Below, piece after piece: positions 38,096 through 48,375 of a DNA stretch of 64,000 bases. The notes below the pieces were generated by a model. The model had not been told where the DNA came from. It saw only the letters and a list, made by a program, of their open reading frames with translations, and did no database searches. The position numbers and the translations under genes are program-made. Numbering within the stretch: position 1 is the stretch's first letter; every line of letters starts with the position of its first letter. The stretch covers positions 1,344,001 through 1,408,000 of the forward strand of contig OZ242029.1 of assembly GCA_965205015.1 (NCBI GenBank), given 5' to 3'. The stretch is from Candidatus Poribacteria bacterium. Its GTDB lineage: Bacteria; Poribacteria; WGA-4E; WGA-3G.

Positions 38096-39022
38096 CTAAA
38101 CCTTGTCCAACGCCATCGTGACAAATACCAACGGCAGATAGAGCAGCGAGGCGTATAACAGATAGCGTGCGGCTTTCACGGAGCGTGTGCGTGCTAAATA
38201 GATACCAATCGCCAGAAACCCTACGCCTGATAGCAATGCTGTGAAGAAATAGACGCTACCGGCAATGGTGTATAACGTCGGTAACAAACCTATTCCGAGG
38301 AGTGCGACGCAGTTAACCACAATTTGACGACACGTACTCGTCCCATCTGGGTGAATGACCGGTAACAAACGGAACCCCGCTTTTGCGTAGTCTTCGCGAT
38401 AGATGTAGGCGATTGCGAGAGAGTGCGGTATCTGCCACAAAAAGAGGATCGTAAATAGCACCCACGCCTCGCCCGTTAGCGAACCCCGTGCGGCAACCCA
38501 TCCGACGACAGGCGGAAGTGCTCCCGGCACTGCCCCGATAAGTGTACACAGCGAGGTTTTCCGCTTGAGCGGTGTATAGAGAAAGAGATAACTCACGACT
38601 ATCAGCGAAATGACAAAACCACTCAGTACATTGACGATAAACGTCAGGTAAAGCATCCCGCTGCCCGTGAGGACAGCACCGACAAGAAGTGCCGTCAGCG
38701 GATTCATCCTACCACCGGGGAGTGGTCTCTCCTGTGTCCGCATCATCTGTGCGTCTACATCGCGCTCAAGATATTGGTTGAGCCCCAAGACCCCTGCCGC
38801 GGTCAACCCTGCACCAAGAAGTGTATGCAGGCATTGGAGCCAATCTACGGTTTGTTGTGCGCCGAGATAGAAACCCGCGGCGGTCGTAATGAGTATCATC
38901 ACCACCAATCTCGGCTTGACGAGTTCGATAAAGTCAGCGGCGCGATGCGCAAAAACCGTCGACTTTGACGGTGGATTCGCCGTATCTGTATTGTCTGGTA
39001 ACGTTACCGTTGTTGAACGCAT
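38096..39022 (-). CDS. ctaB: Protoheme IX farnesyltransferase (heme o synthase)
   Basis: KPR, NQYLERDVD..M.RT..RPLP, YTPLKR, WQIPH. Confidence 0.95.
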   Translation of the reverse strand: MRSTTVTLPDNTDTANPPSKSTVFAHRAADFIELVKPRLVVMILITTAAGFYLGAQQTVDWLQCLHTLLGAGLTAAGVLGLNQYLERDVDAQMMRTQERPLPGGRMNPLTALLVGAVLTGSGMLYLTFIVNVLSGFVISLIVVSYLFLYTPLKRKTSLCTLIGAVPGALPPVVGWVAARGSLTGEAWVLFTILFLWQIPHSLAIAYIYREDYAKAGFRLLPVIHPDGTSTCRQIVVNCVALLGIGLLPTLYTIAGSVYFFTALLSGVGFLAIGIYLARTRSVKAARYLLYASLLYLPLVFVTMALDKV

Positions 39023-39185
39023 CTTTTAATTATACCTTGCCGATAAATAACGTCCATTTGAATTTTGATATTTTTCGCTTTCGAGTCGCCTGCGTGTTTT
39101 TGCTTGGGGGTTTCTGCGTATTGTTGCAGGCTACGTTTTTGAGACTCATATTTACGCAGAGATACACCTCATCCTAATACCCATC

Positions 39186-40118
39186 TTATTCTGTGAGCAG
39201 GGTATCACTCGCGGGTGTACCGACAACTACCGATGCATCTGTGAATCGGTAGACTCTTAAGGTAAGCACAAAACTGCTCACCAGCATGAGTGCCCCGACT
39301 GCGACATGTGCAGTCGTGATTGTGACCGTGAGGGCGGTTGCGAACGTTTCTCCGAGGGCGGTAAGCTTGGCGAAAAACGCGCCAGTGCCGAGCATCAACT
39401 GAATCACAAGCAAACCCAGCAACACCATAGGCATCGCTTGCCCAATCCGCTGTGCGTCCCCATTCACCCCAAGAACACGCCTTGCCAATAAAAAGATATG
39501 CAACGCAACCAAGAAAGCAAAGAGAAGATGTGCGTCAAGTCTACTACCGGTATGTCGCAAAATCGCGCCAAAAATGAGCTGCACATACAAGAGACAGGTC
39601 GTAATCAGGCTTAACCGGCGTAACTTTTGGGCTGACTCAATCGCAGGTCTCCCCTCATCTTGCCACCAATCGCGAGAGGTAAACCAAGCGATCCCACAAA
39701 GCAGGGCAAAGAACGCTTGTGCGAGGCATGCATGCACTATTGCGAAGTTGCGATTAATCTGTGTGACCCGAAGCCCCCCGAGAACCCCTTGGACAATGAC
39801 AGCGACCAGCGCAGCAAGCCCAAGCCATTTCAGCCATTTGCGTGAATCTCTTACCAAAAGTAAAATAAAGAGACCGACTGTCAAAAGTCCTACGAGGGAC
39901 CCCATAAGCCGATGACTATGTTCGTATAGAATGCCGCCTACCATCTCCGAGAGTGGATAGAGAAACATATTATACCCAAAGGTCGTCGGCCAATCAGGCA
40001 CTGCTAACCCGGATTCTGTACTTGTGACAATCCCACCGATGACAATCAACAAGAACGTCGCGCCTGCTGTGAGGCGTGCCATTCTGTGAAGCCACGGGCT
40101 ATACGCGTGTTGTTCCAT
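39186..40118 (-). CDS. ctaA: Heme a synthase COX15/CtaA family
   Basis: SGLAVPDWP, EHSHR, QGVLGG, conserved His. Confidence 0.9.
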   Translation of the reverse strand: MEQHAYSPWLHRMARLTAGATFLLIVIGGIVTSTESGLAVPDWPTTFGYNMFLYPLSEMVGGILYEHSHRLMGSLVGLLTVGLFILLLVRDSRKWLKWLGLAALVAVIVQGVLGGLRVTQINRNFAIVHACLAQAFFALLCGIAWFTSRDWWQDEGRPAIESAQKLRRLSLITTCLLYVQLIFGAILRHTGSRLDAHLLFAFLVALHIFLLARRVLGVNGDAQRIGQAMPMVLLGLLVIQLMLGTGAFFAKLTALGETFATALTVTITTAHVAVGALMLVSSFVLTLRVYRFTDASVVVGTPASDTLLTE

Positions 40119-40164
40119 GCCAAATTTCCACCAAAGAAAAAAGAATGGAAGACAAGAAAATTCT

Positions 40165-40230
40165 TGGTTGGAAGGTCGGAAGATTGGAGGGCACCCCCTT
40201 CCATCCTTCCGTTCCTCCTTCCACGCTTCC
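40165..40230. repeat. Octamer palindromic element (GGTTGGAA...TTCCATCC), intergenic copy
   Basis: Same layout as the core of the in-frame insert at 711-778. Confidence 0.7.
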
Positions 40231-40238
40231 TCCGTCTT

Positions 40239-42062
40239 TTAGTCACCGCTTGTCGCGGGCGCGTGCTCAGGCTGCGCTTGCGGTGTCCAATCATCTTCTT
40301 CACCCGGAACACTATATTCATAGGGACCCCGGTAGACAGTCGGAATTTGACCGAAATTGCCGTGTGGTACCGGTGTCGGTGCCTCCCACTCCAAGGTATT
40401 CACCTGCCACGGATTCTGTTCGGCAACCTTTCCTCGGTACATGCTCCAGAAGAAGTTAAAGACCAATATCAACTGTGCAAACCCAAGGGTAAACGCACTC
40501 ATCGTGATAAAGATGTTCATGCCTTCGAACGTTTGCAGAAATTCATACTGCATCGGGTTGGAGATACGCCGCATGTGTCCACCCACGCCGAGAATATGCA
40601 TCGGGAAGAAGGTACAGTTGAAGGCAACGAAGGTCAGCCAAAAATGAATTTGGGACAGTACATCGTTCATATAGCGTCCGTACATTTTTGGGAACCAGAA
40701 GATAATGCCCCCGAAAATAGCGAACAGACTTCCGCCGAACACCACATAGTGAATATGTGCGACAATGTAGTAGGTATCGTGGATGAAGATGTCCACCGGC
40801 GTATTTGCCATATAGATACCGCTCAACCCGCCAATTACAAACATTGAGACGAAGGCGATACCGTGGAGCATCGGTGTCGTGAATTTGATCGCACCTCGGA
40901 ACATTGTGCCGAGCCAGTTAAATGTCTTGATGGCTGATGGCACCGCGATGAGCATCGTTGTCGTCATAAACACAGAACCGAGCCCGGGGCGCATTCCACT
41001 TTGGAACATGTGGTGTCCCCAAACGATCCATCCCAAAAACGCGATGGCGATCATAGCATAGACCATGGAACGATATCCGAAGATCGGTTTCCGTGAAAAG
41101 ACGGCGATCAATTCAGAAGCGATACCCATGCCCGGCAAGATGAGGATATAGACCTCAGGGTGTCCGAAGAACCAGAAGAGGTGCTGCCACAAGAGCGGGT
41201 CGCCGCCGCCTTCTGCCGTTGCAGAAAAGAACGTCGTTCCCGCAAGCCTATCAAAGATGAGGAGTGCGAGTGCGGAGGACAGTACCGGGAAAGCGAGTAG
41301 CAACAGGATCGCGACGATGAAAAGCGACCAGATGACCAACGGGAGTCGGAAGAACGTCATTCCGGGTGCGCGCATATTGATAATCGTCGTGATGTAGTTA
41401 ATAGACCCGACCAGTGAGGAGAACCCTTGAATGAGCAGACTAATCGCCCAGAGATTTTGCCCCCAGTCAACGCCTGTCCACTGTGCATCGGAGGAGAGGG
41501 GTGCGTAGCCTGTCCATCCTGCTGCGGCGTGTCCGCCGGGTACAAAGAAGCCGACGACCATAATAATTGCGGCAAGGACAGCCAACCAAAAGGAGAGCAT
41601 ATTGAGAACAGGAAACGCCATATCCCGTGTCCCAATCATCAACGGAATCAGGAAATTTCCGAAAGCCCCCACCAAGATCGGAACCACGACGAAGAACACC
41701 ATAATGGTGGCATGCATCGTAAACAGCATATTGTAAAATGCGGGTTCGACGACGCCATTGGGCATGTTTACCTCAAGCCATTCCTCTTTCTCGGACTCAT
41801 AAATTCGTTCCCACATCCTGTCAGCACCGGTAGTGACTTCACCTTCATCCAGGTACTGCTGCGATGCCCCGATAATGGGTAGCGGTTTTTCGGGGTAGGC
41901 GAGTTGCCATCTAAAGAGGAGTGCGAGCCCGCCACCGAGGAAAAACATAATCAGTCCATAGATAAGGAACTGCTTACCAATCGTCTTGTGGTCGAGCGAA
42001 AAGATATATTTACTAATAAAACTTTCTTCGTGATGATGTGACGCATGTTCGTTATCGTGCAT
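40239..42062 (-). CDS. ctaD: Cytochrome c oxidase subunit I, A1 type
   Basis: GHPEVY, WGHH, AHIHY, D-channel D (RDMAFP), K-channel K (SAIK). Confidence 0.97.
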   Translation of the reverse strand: MHDNEHASHHHEESFISKYIFSLDHKTIGKQFLIYGLIMFFLGGGLALLFRWQLAYPEKPLPIIGASQQYLDEGEVTTGADRMWERIYESEKEEWLEVNMPNGVVEPAFYNMLFTMHATIMVFFVVVPILVGAFGNFLIPLMIGTRDMAFPVLNMLSFWLAVLAAIIMVVGFFVPGGHAAAGWTGYAPLSSDAQWTGVDWGQNLWAISLLIQGFSSLVGSINYITTIINMRAPGMTFFRLPLVIWSLFIVAILLLLAFPVLSSALALLIFDRLAGTTFFSATAEGGGDPLLWQHLFWFFGHPEVYILILPGMGIASELIAVFSRKPIFGYRSMVYAMIAIAFLGWIVWGHHMFQSGMRPGLGSVFMTTTMLIAVPSAIKTFNWLGTMFRGAIKFTTPMLHGIAFVSMFVIGGLSGIYMANTPVDIFIHDTYYIVAHIHYVVFGGSLFAIFGGIIFWFPKMYGRYMNDVLSQIHFWLTFVAFNCTFFPMHILGVGGHMRRISNPMQYEFLQTFEGMNIFITMSAFTLGFAQLILVFNFFWSMYRGKVAEQNPWQVNTLEWEAPTPVPHGNFGQIPTVYRGPYEYSVPGEEDDWTPQAQPEHAPATSGD

Positions 42063-42077
42063 CGTTATTCTCCTCCT

Positions 42078-42740
42078 TTACTGCCATCTTTCTTGCACCC
42101 AGGCATCATAATTTTCTCGCGTATGCACATTGAGGTACCCGAGCATTCCGGAGTGTCCAAATCCACACAACTCAGCGCACGGAATCTCATAACGACCTGC
42201 TTTTGTTGCCTCGAACCAGACGTTGATAAATCGGTTAGGCAAGGCATCCTGTTTCAGTCGCAATTGTGGCACAAAAAAGCTGTGGATGACATCCTCAGCG
42301 GTTAATCGGATATGCACGACCGCGTTGATCGGCACATGCAATTCGTTTTCTAATTTCAGATCATCATCTGTCCCGAACTCGTTATCGGGTCCGGGGTAGG
42401 TCATATCCCAGTTAAACTGTTTTCCACTGACCTGGACGACGACCTCCGGGTTTTCAGGAAATTGTGTCGGCGACTTAATATTATTCCACTGCGGGTAACT
42501 GAGCATCGCGAGTCCGAAGACGATCACCGTTGTAGCGGCGGTCCAGACAATTTCCAGCGTCGTGCTCCCTTCAATGTAGTCCGCCCTTTTCCCTTCCTGA
42601 TGGCGATACTTAATCAGGAAAACGATAAGGGTTCCCATCACAAGGATGAACACAACAAGGGTAAGATAATAAATACCGTAAAAGAGGTTATCAACGCTTT
42701 GCCCGAACGTTGATACGTTCTCTGGGAGCCATTGAAGCAT
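42078..42740 (-). CDS. ctaC: Cytochrome c oxidase subunit II (CuA, no fused heme c)
   Basis: DVIHSF, CAELCGFGHSGM. Confidence 0.96.
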   Translation of the reverse strand: MLQWLPENVSTFGQSVDNLFYGIYYLTLVVFILVMGTLIVFLIKYRHQEGKRADYIEGSTTLEIVWTAATTVIVFGLAMLSYPQWNNIKSPTQFPENPEVVVQVSGKQFNWDMTYPGPDNEFGTDDDLKLENELHVPINAVVHIRLTAEDVIHSFFVPQLRLKQDALPNRFINVWFEATKAGRYEIPCAELCGFGHSGMLGYLNVHTRENYDAWVQERWQ

Positions 42741-42756
42741 TAAATTCTCCTTTTAA

Positions 42757-42847
42757 GAGTTATCAGTTATCAGTTGTCAGTTACAAGAGACTTTTGTTAA
42801 ACGAAAACCTTATTGACTGAAAACCGACTACCGATAACCGACAACTA
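42757..42847. repeat. Heptamer (TATCAGT/ACTGATA-type) palindromic element; relatives at ~1810-1868, 5380-5418, 36541-36618, 43660-43741, 44654-44858, 45657-45745, 63455-63570
   Basis: Tandem 7-mers forming inverted arms, often around an AAGAG...CTCTT core. Confidence 0.8.
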
Positions 42848-42848
42848 T

Positions 42849-43628
42849 TTAATTTGCTTGTGTAGACGCGGTGAGCGTTGCCCCTACATACGTCAAAACA
42901 CAAAACAGACCGGTAATCAGCAGAGAGAGTGTCCAAGCCGGTCCCTCTCCAATTGCTTTCGCGGCGGTATCAATGTAGAGACCCTGCCGAAAAACGGCAA
43001 GCCCATACGTTAACGGATTGAACCTCATTGTCCATGCTAACCAACTGGGTACGCCTGTACTCGGAAAAAATGCGCCAGAGAGCAGCCATATCGGAATCAA
43101 CAGGAGGTTCATAATCGCGTGAAACCCTTGTGTTGATTCCATCCGCCATGCGATGAGCAGTCCGAGGTTTGTCAAACCAAACGCCAAAAGTGCCATTACA
43201 CCGAGCGTGGCAAAGAGCGACGCTGCCCCGAATCGGATGCCGGTCATGGGGGCGAGTAGTAGTAGCAGAATACCTTGCAAGAGTGCTAACGTCGTGCCGC
43301 CTAACGCTTGTGCGAGTACAATCTGCCACCTCGGCACGGGCGCCACGAGGACCCCTTGCAAAAAGCCTTCACGTCGGTCATTCACGACAGAAATTGTAGC
43401 GAAAATGGACGTAAAAAGCAAGACTAAAATAACGATCCCGGGATAAAAGTATTCGATATAACTGGGTCCATCCGCCGTGCCAGAAGGTTGAAAAGAGGCA
43501 CTCAAACCGCTTCCGATGAGTACCCAAAATACTAAGGGCTGCGCGATAGCACTGAAGAGTCGACTTCGTTGGCGATAAAACCTGATGATTTCACGCCACC
43601 ATATCGTTGCAATCGGTTTCATTAGCAT
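42849..43628 (-). CDS. ABC-2 type permease
   Basis: WWRE, YFYPG, DRREGFL, LSGAFFP, NPLTY; start uncertain. Confidence 0.9.
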   Translation of the reverse strand: MLMKPIATIWWREIIRFYRQRSRLFSAIAQPLVFWVLIGSGLSASFQPSGTADGPSYIEYFYPGIVILVLLFTSIFATISVVNDRREGFLQGVLVAPVPRWQIVLAQALGGTTLALLQGILLLLLAPMTGIRFGAASLFATLGVMALLAFGLTNLGLLIAWRMESTQGFHAIMNLLLIPIWLLSGAFFPSTGVPSWLAWTMRFNPLTYGLAVFRQGLYIDTAAKAIGEGPAWTLSLLITGLFCVLTYVGATLTASTQAN

Positions 43629-43745
43629 TGTCCCGCAAGCCCACACGCGGCTTGCGCAGCCATCAGCAGTCAACAGTCAGCCCAGAGGTGTTCGGATTTG
43701 AAACGACCTCTTTTAACTGATGGCTGATAGCCGATAGCCATTCCT

Positions 43746-44684
43746 CTATACGAATGGAGTGCCTGTCAATTTTATAAACACATCCTCCAGCGTCGGTTTC
43801 CCAAATCGAACGGATTGAATCTCATCTGGAAAAGCGTCAACTAAATCCCGGACGAACTCATGTCCGCGTTCACATTCAACACGCAGTTGGTTATCCGTCA
43901 GCACTGGCGAAACGCCGAAACTCTCAGCAATAACCGGGGACAATGTTTCACCATTTTCACTTTCTATGATAACGACATCACCCCCGACTTGTGCCTTGAG
44001 TTCATTAGGTGCCCCGAGAGCGACCAATTTGCCTGAATCCAGAATCCCAACCCTGTCGCACGCCTCAGCATCCTCTAATAGATGTGTCGTCAGCAGGACG
44101 AGGATATCTCCTGTGTCCGCGAGGGCACCGAGATAGTCATTGAGCTGTCGGCGTACAAGTACGTCTAACCCACTCGTTGGTTCATCGAGGAGTAGAACAC
44201 GAGGGGAATGGAGCAGCGCTTTTGCGATTTCAACCCGTTTTTGTAAACCGCCGGATAGGCGTTCAACCCGTTCTGTCGCCCTGTCGGTGATGCCAAAACA
44301 TTCGAGGAGTTCCGAAATTCGGTGGTGCAGCGCTTTGCCATCCAGTCCATAAAGGTGCCCGTGGTGCCGTAAATTTTCAACGACAGTGAGCTTGCCATCC
44401 AGTCCTGGGTGTTGAAAAACAACCGCTAAGAGATCCCGAACGGCTCTCGCTTCAGTGGCCAAGTCATATCCAAAGATACGAACAGTGCCGGACGTTATCG
44501 GCATCAGCGTGGACAGAATCTTAAAAAGGGTTGTTTTCCCACTCCCGTTCGGTCCAAGAAGTCCGAAAATCTCGCCACCTGAGACGCTAAAACTGACAGT
44601 GTCAAGTGCGCGCCATGTCTGATATGAATGTGAAAGATTTCTTACTTCAATTCGACTGTCGGCATATTGGCTATCGGTTTCCAT
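43746..44684 (-). CDS. ABC transporter ATP-binding protein (DrrA-like)
   Basis: GPNGSGKT, LSGG, LDEP, TTH; start uncertain because it overlaps a repeat element. Confidence 0.92.
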   Translation of the reverse strand: METDSQYADSRIEVRNLSHSYQTWRALDTVSFSVSGGEIFGLLGPNGSGKTTLFKILSTLMPITSGTVRIFGYDLATEARAVRDLLAVVFQHPGLDGKLTVVENLRHHGHLYGLDGKALHHRISELLECFGITDRATERVERLSGGLQKRVEIAKALLHSPRVLLLDEPTSGLDVLVRRQLNDYLGALADTGDILVLLTTHLLEDAEACDRVGILDSGKLVALGAPNELKAQVGGDVVIIESENGETLSPVIAESFGVSPVLTDNQLRVECERGHEFVRDLVDAFPDEIQSVRFGKPTLEDVFIKLTGTPFV

Positions 44685-44855
44685 CGGAGACCGTGGACTG
44701 TCGGTTAAGAGGTTTTCGTTTCGCAAAGGTTTCCTCTTGTGACTGACGACTGTCGGCGTATTGACAACCAGCAATCAGTTTTCGTCGTCGACGGTTATCG
44801 GGCGTGCGAAGCCTTTTAAGGTCGTCAACGCCTGCTGAAAGCTGAAAGCCGACTG

Positions 44856-45638
44856 CTACTTAAGTTTTAGCGTGAAATTTTGCGTGGCAGTGCCGCCGGC
44901 TTCTACGGTAACAGAAGCGGGAGAACCGCTGTTCGTGCCACACGCCTCATGCCAATAACCGAGTTTATAGGTACCTGCGGGGACATCTTCAAGTGTGAAT
45001 TCACCCTTCTCGTTCGTCACCGCAAAATACGGATGCGGAACGTAGGCGATCCAAGCAGACATCCATCCATGAATATCGCATTTTACAGAGACGGGACCTT
45101 CCGCCTTCTTCACCCCCGCAAGCGGCATTTTCCTACGGTTTTTCGACTGGGGCTTGTTAACCGGCTTGTTGACGCTACTGAAGATATGCACATTGTGCAT
45201 AATCTTATCGGAATTCAACATTGTGAGGCGCGTGCCAACAGGAACAATCTGGACATGTGGCGTAAATTTGCAACTTTTCTGGTCGATCTCGGGTTTAACG
45301 GATTTGTCAAAACCTTTACCTTTTGAGATGTCGATGAGGTAGACAATCGTATTTTTTAAAGCGTTGCCTTCACCAAGGACAACGGATTCATTATACTTTT
45401 CGGTAACCGCACAAACCGCCTGATCTTTTGTGATTTCCAGTGCTTTCTTCTCAGGCATGTCGCCTTCAAAGGTCACCATCCCGCTAATTGTGCCGCCATT
45501 GCTAACGCTTCCAGCAGCATAGGATTTAGGGAATACCAGCATTTCTACTTCGCCTGCACCACTGTCAGCCGCAAAAGCATTACCAACATAGCAACATGCG
45601 AGAAGCAGGACAAGTCCTGCTAACAGATAGGTTTTCAT
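44856..45638 (-). CDS. Secreted cupredoxin-like / carboxypeptidase-regulatory-like domain protein
   Basis: Signal peptide; HNVH...CDIHGWM. Confidence 0.75.
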   Translation of the reverse strand: MKTYLLAGLVLLLACCYVGNAFAADSGAGEVEMLVFPKSYAAGSVSNGGTISGMVTFEGDMPEKKALEITKDQAVCAVTEKYNESVVLGEGNALKNTIVYLIDISKGKGFDKSVKPEIDQKSCKFTPHVQIVPVGTRLTMLNSDKIMHNVHIFSSVNKPVNKPQSKNRRKMPLAGVKKAEGPVSVKCDIHGWMSAWIAYVPHPYFAVTNEKGEFTLEDVPAGTYKLGYWHEACGTNSGSPASVTVEAGGTATQNFTLKLK

Positions 45639-45776
45639 TTTTTCTCCTTTGTTAGTAGTTATCGGTTATCGTAGGGACGCGGTTCTCCTCGTCCGTTTCG
45701 GAAATCTATCGGGTTGGGGAACCCAACCCCTACGATAACTGAAGATTGGTTATTGATTATCTATTTTTCGTCATTC

Positions 45777-47492
45777 TCATGAATTTCTCCGCTGTACGAC
45801 TGCCCGTAAACCGAAGAGCAAGCCGAGAGAGAGAATAGCAATCAAAGGTGGATAAATAAACCGTCTTGAAGACGGAACGGGTTCAAGTACAAAAGTATAC
45901 CAACTGGACATGACCCGTTTTGTGTCAACATCGCCGTTCGCGCCATCCCATGCGGAGAAGGCGATAGGCACAAAAACGCCGGGTTCAAGTTGCAAGTCCT
46001 TCTTGTCATCAGTTTTCAAGGCACGTTTTACCCATAATTTGTATTGCCCATTTGTATACGTGCCCTGTACTTGGAGTTCGCCCTGTGCTGCCTGAATTTC
46101 TGCGTTGTGAATACCTTTAGCGGTAAGTTCGGTTACCTGTTCAGGTGCGGAGGCTTTCCAGTGCCATAGATAGACCGGCAGCCTCCCGCCCCCTAAGAAA
46201 TAGGGCTTCGGCGCGGTCGGTCCTTGCGGCACCTTCACGGGAAACTGGACTGCCAAAGCGTCTTCGAGGGTTTTTCCAGTTTCTTCATCAGTCTCGTCAG
46301 TCGTGTGTGTTCGGTCATCCCATATAAAGAGGAAAGCGACCTCTGTGTCATTGTAAAACGACTTGACGTTCACAGCATCAATGGTTGGATTAAACTGTCG
46401 CGGCTCAATAACGACTTGCCCGACGAGAGGAAAGTACTTGGTTTCAAGGGTTTCCCATTCGGCACCGTCCATGCGCGGCAATTCACTCTTGATATATTGC
46501 GAGCGGAGTACATTATTCCCAATCGCGGATTCAGGACGTTTCTCAGGAGAGAGAGATTTAACGTAGTTCGCTAAATGCCAGCTCTTTTCATAGACGACTT
46601 TCATCGCCGCATCATAAATCTGTTTTTCTGCAGCAGTCAGTTCTGTACCCTCTGCCAGATTGAGCGCAATGTCAACAGCAGCATCATATTTCTCGTAAAG
46701 TTGCGCGGATTCTTCTTCCTCTGCCTCTGTCATTTCATCTTTGTTGTCTAATTCAATCATGCGACTGGATTCCTCAGCTGTCAGTCCGAAGCCTGGAAAA
46801 CTATCGCCCTCAAAAGCAGGCATGGGTGACCCCGCAATTCCGCCGATGAAGCGTTTGAAGATATCTTCAACGTCAGCACCGCCACGGAAAGTCCAACCCT
46901 GCGCCAGATTGGCGGGCCAGGTCTGGAATCCCCATTCATCCGTCAGTGTAGGCGCGGACGTGCCATCCCCTCTTCCGACGTTTCCGTGACATTCCACACA
47001 CCCGAGTTCGGTATAAAGTGCTTTTCCGGTTTCCACACTCTGTTCAGCGTAAGAAATTTTCCCAGACAGATTAATCTGCACGGGGGGTGTTTCAGCTTCC
47101 TTAAAGCCGTCGTAGAAGGTTTTGATATAAGCAACTACTTCCCAACGATCATTGGCATTTAAGGCAGTCTCCCATGGCGGCATAGATGAGCCGGGCATCC
47201 CTTCGGTGATGATGTCAAAGAGGTCTTGATCTGTTGGGAGTTCTCCAGCTGCCGTAGACCGGATTTTATACAAACCCCGCGTGAAATCTCTCGGTTTTGG
47301 AAGAAGGTTCTCAGCGGCGGAACCGTCACCTCTCCCTTCGATGCCGTGGCAGTGTGCGCAACTCTGTTCATACACTTCTTTCCCTTTCTCAGAAGCCTCT
47401 GGAGCGTTCTGTGCGTAGGTCACGGCACAGCAGAGTGGGCCGACTACTATTCCTAAAACCAACATCAGGAGGGTTACATTTCTGGTTCTCAT
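45777..47492 (-). CDS. Diheme cytochrome c fused to an ethylbenzene-dehydrogenase-gamma-like (DMSO reductase type II heme b) domain, C-terminal TM
   Basis: CAHCH, CVECH; DALAVQFP, LWHWKA, AFSAWDG. Confidence 0.82.
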   Translation of the reverse strand: MRTRNVTLLMLVLGIVVGPLCCAVTYAQNAPEASEKGKEVYEQSCAHCHGIEGRGDGSAAENLLPKPRDFTRGLYKIRSTAAGELPTDQDLFDIITEGMPGSSMPPWETALNANDRWEVVAYIKTFYDGFKEAETPPVQINLSGKISYAEQSVETGKALYTELGCVECHGNVGRGDGTSAPTLTDEWGFQTWPANLAQGWTFRGGADVEDIFKRFIGGIAGSPMPAFEGDSFPGFGLTAEESSRMIELDNKDEMTEAEEEESAQLYEKYDAAVDIALNLAEGTELTAAEKQIYDAAMKVVYEKSWHLANYVKSLSPEKRPESAIGNNVLRSQYIKSELPRMDGAEWETLETKYFPLVGQVVIEPRQFNPTIDAVNVKSFYNDTEVAFLFIWDDRTHTTDETDEETGKTLEDALAVQFPVKVPQGPTAPKPYFLGGGRLPVYLWHWKASAPEQVTELTAKGIHNAEIQAAQGELQVQGTYTNGQYKLWVKRALKTDDKKDLQLEPGVFVPIAFSAWDGANGDVDTKRVMSSWYTFVLEPVPSSRRFIYPPLIAILSLGLLFGLRAVVQRRNS

Positions 47493-47494
47493 TT

Positions 47495-48292
47495 TTAGTG
47501 TGCCTCCCCAAAGGTTCGGAATTGATAACCAGTGTAGTCAGACAGAAAGAGAATTACGTCCCAAATTTCGTCTTTTGTCAAGTGGTCTTCCCAGATAGGC
47601 ATTGCTGAATCCCAGGGTGTGCCAGCTGCAGGTAATCCCGGTCCGCCCTTGGCTATCCGCCAAAAGAAGAAAGACTCTTGGAAGTTCGGGATGATCCCAG
47701 GGTCTTGGAAATTAGCGGGTAACGGCTGGAGATATGGCGCGAAATGCCCCTGCCCATCTAAGTGATCTCCATGGCAGTAAAAGCAATTATCATGATAGAC
47801 ACGTCTACCGTTTTCAACATGCGCTTTGAACGCCTCCGGATCATCCTTTTCATAGTGCCGAAAGGGGTTCACCACATCTTGCATCGTGCCAATGACCTCA
47901 TCCTTGTATGTTAATTCAAGGGGCGGCGATGGGTGTGCGTCACGCGGGCTGCCGGGTGGATTCGCTCGCTGGGCAATAATCGAATAGGTATAACCGAGTA
48001 GGAACAACGGGATTAATACCGCGATAACACGACGGCGGATTTGACGTTTGTCTTCGACGAGGGTTTCACGGATGGGGCGCAGAAATTCCCGAAAGAGTGA
48101 ATCCTCAACGGAGATATGCACCAAGATAGCAATGATAACCAACCCCATATACATCGCAATCACGCTGCCTGGTATTGGTACTGAGACGATGCCGCCAACG
48201 GCGAATCGGAGTACTGCCCAAGAACCAACCAGAACTATGAGACATATTGTGAAGAGCGACAGCCTTTTCATTTTTCGTGTTTTGTCCTCCAC
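47495..48292 (-). CDS. Membrane-anchored monoheme cytochrome c
   Basis: Three N-terminal TMs; CFYCH; SAMP. Confidence 0.88.
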   Translation of the reverse strand: MEDKTRKMKRLSLFTICLIVLVGSWAVLRFAVGGIVSVPIPGSVIAMYMGLVIIAILVHISVEDSLFREFLRPIRETLVEDKRQIRRRVIAVLIPLFLLGYTYSIIAQRANPPGSPRDAHPSPPLELTYKDEVIGTMQDVVNPFRHYEKDDPEAFKAHVENGRRVYHDNCFYCHGDHLDGQGHFAPYLQPLPANFQDPGIIPNFQESFFFWRIAKGGPGLPAAGTPWDSAMPIWEDHLTKDEIWDVILFLSDYTGYQFRTFGEAH

Positions 48293-48375
48293 TCGTTTTT
48301 TGTAGCCTCGATTTGGTAATCAAGAACCTCAAGCGAATGATGTTTTTTTCGATCGTAATTTATATCAGTTGTCTG

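Noticed and set aside
40086-40847. Long plus-strand ORFs opposite real genes (also 2678-3496, 29060-29716, 51012-51596)
   Set aside because: Antisense shadows of well-supported minus-strand genes, with no motifs or RBS.
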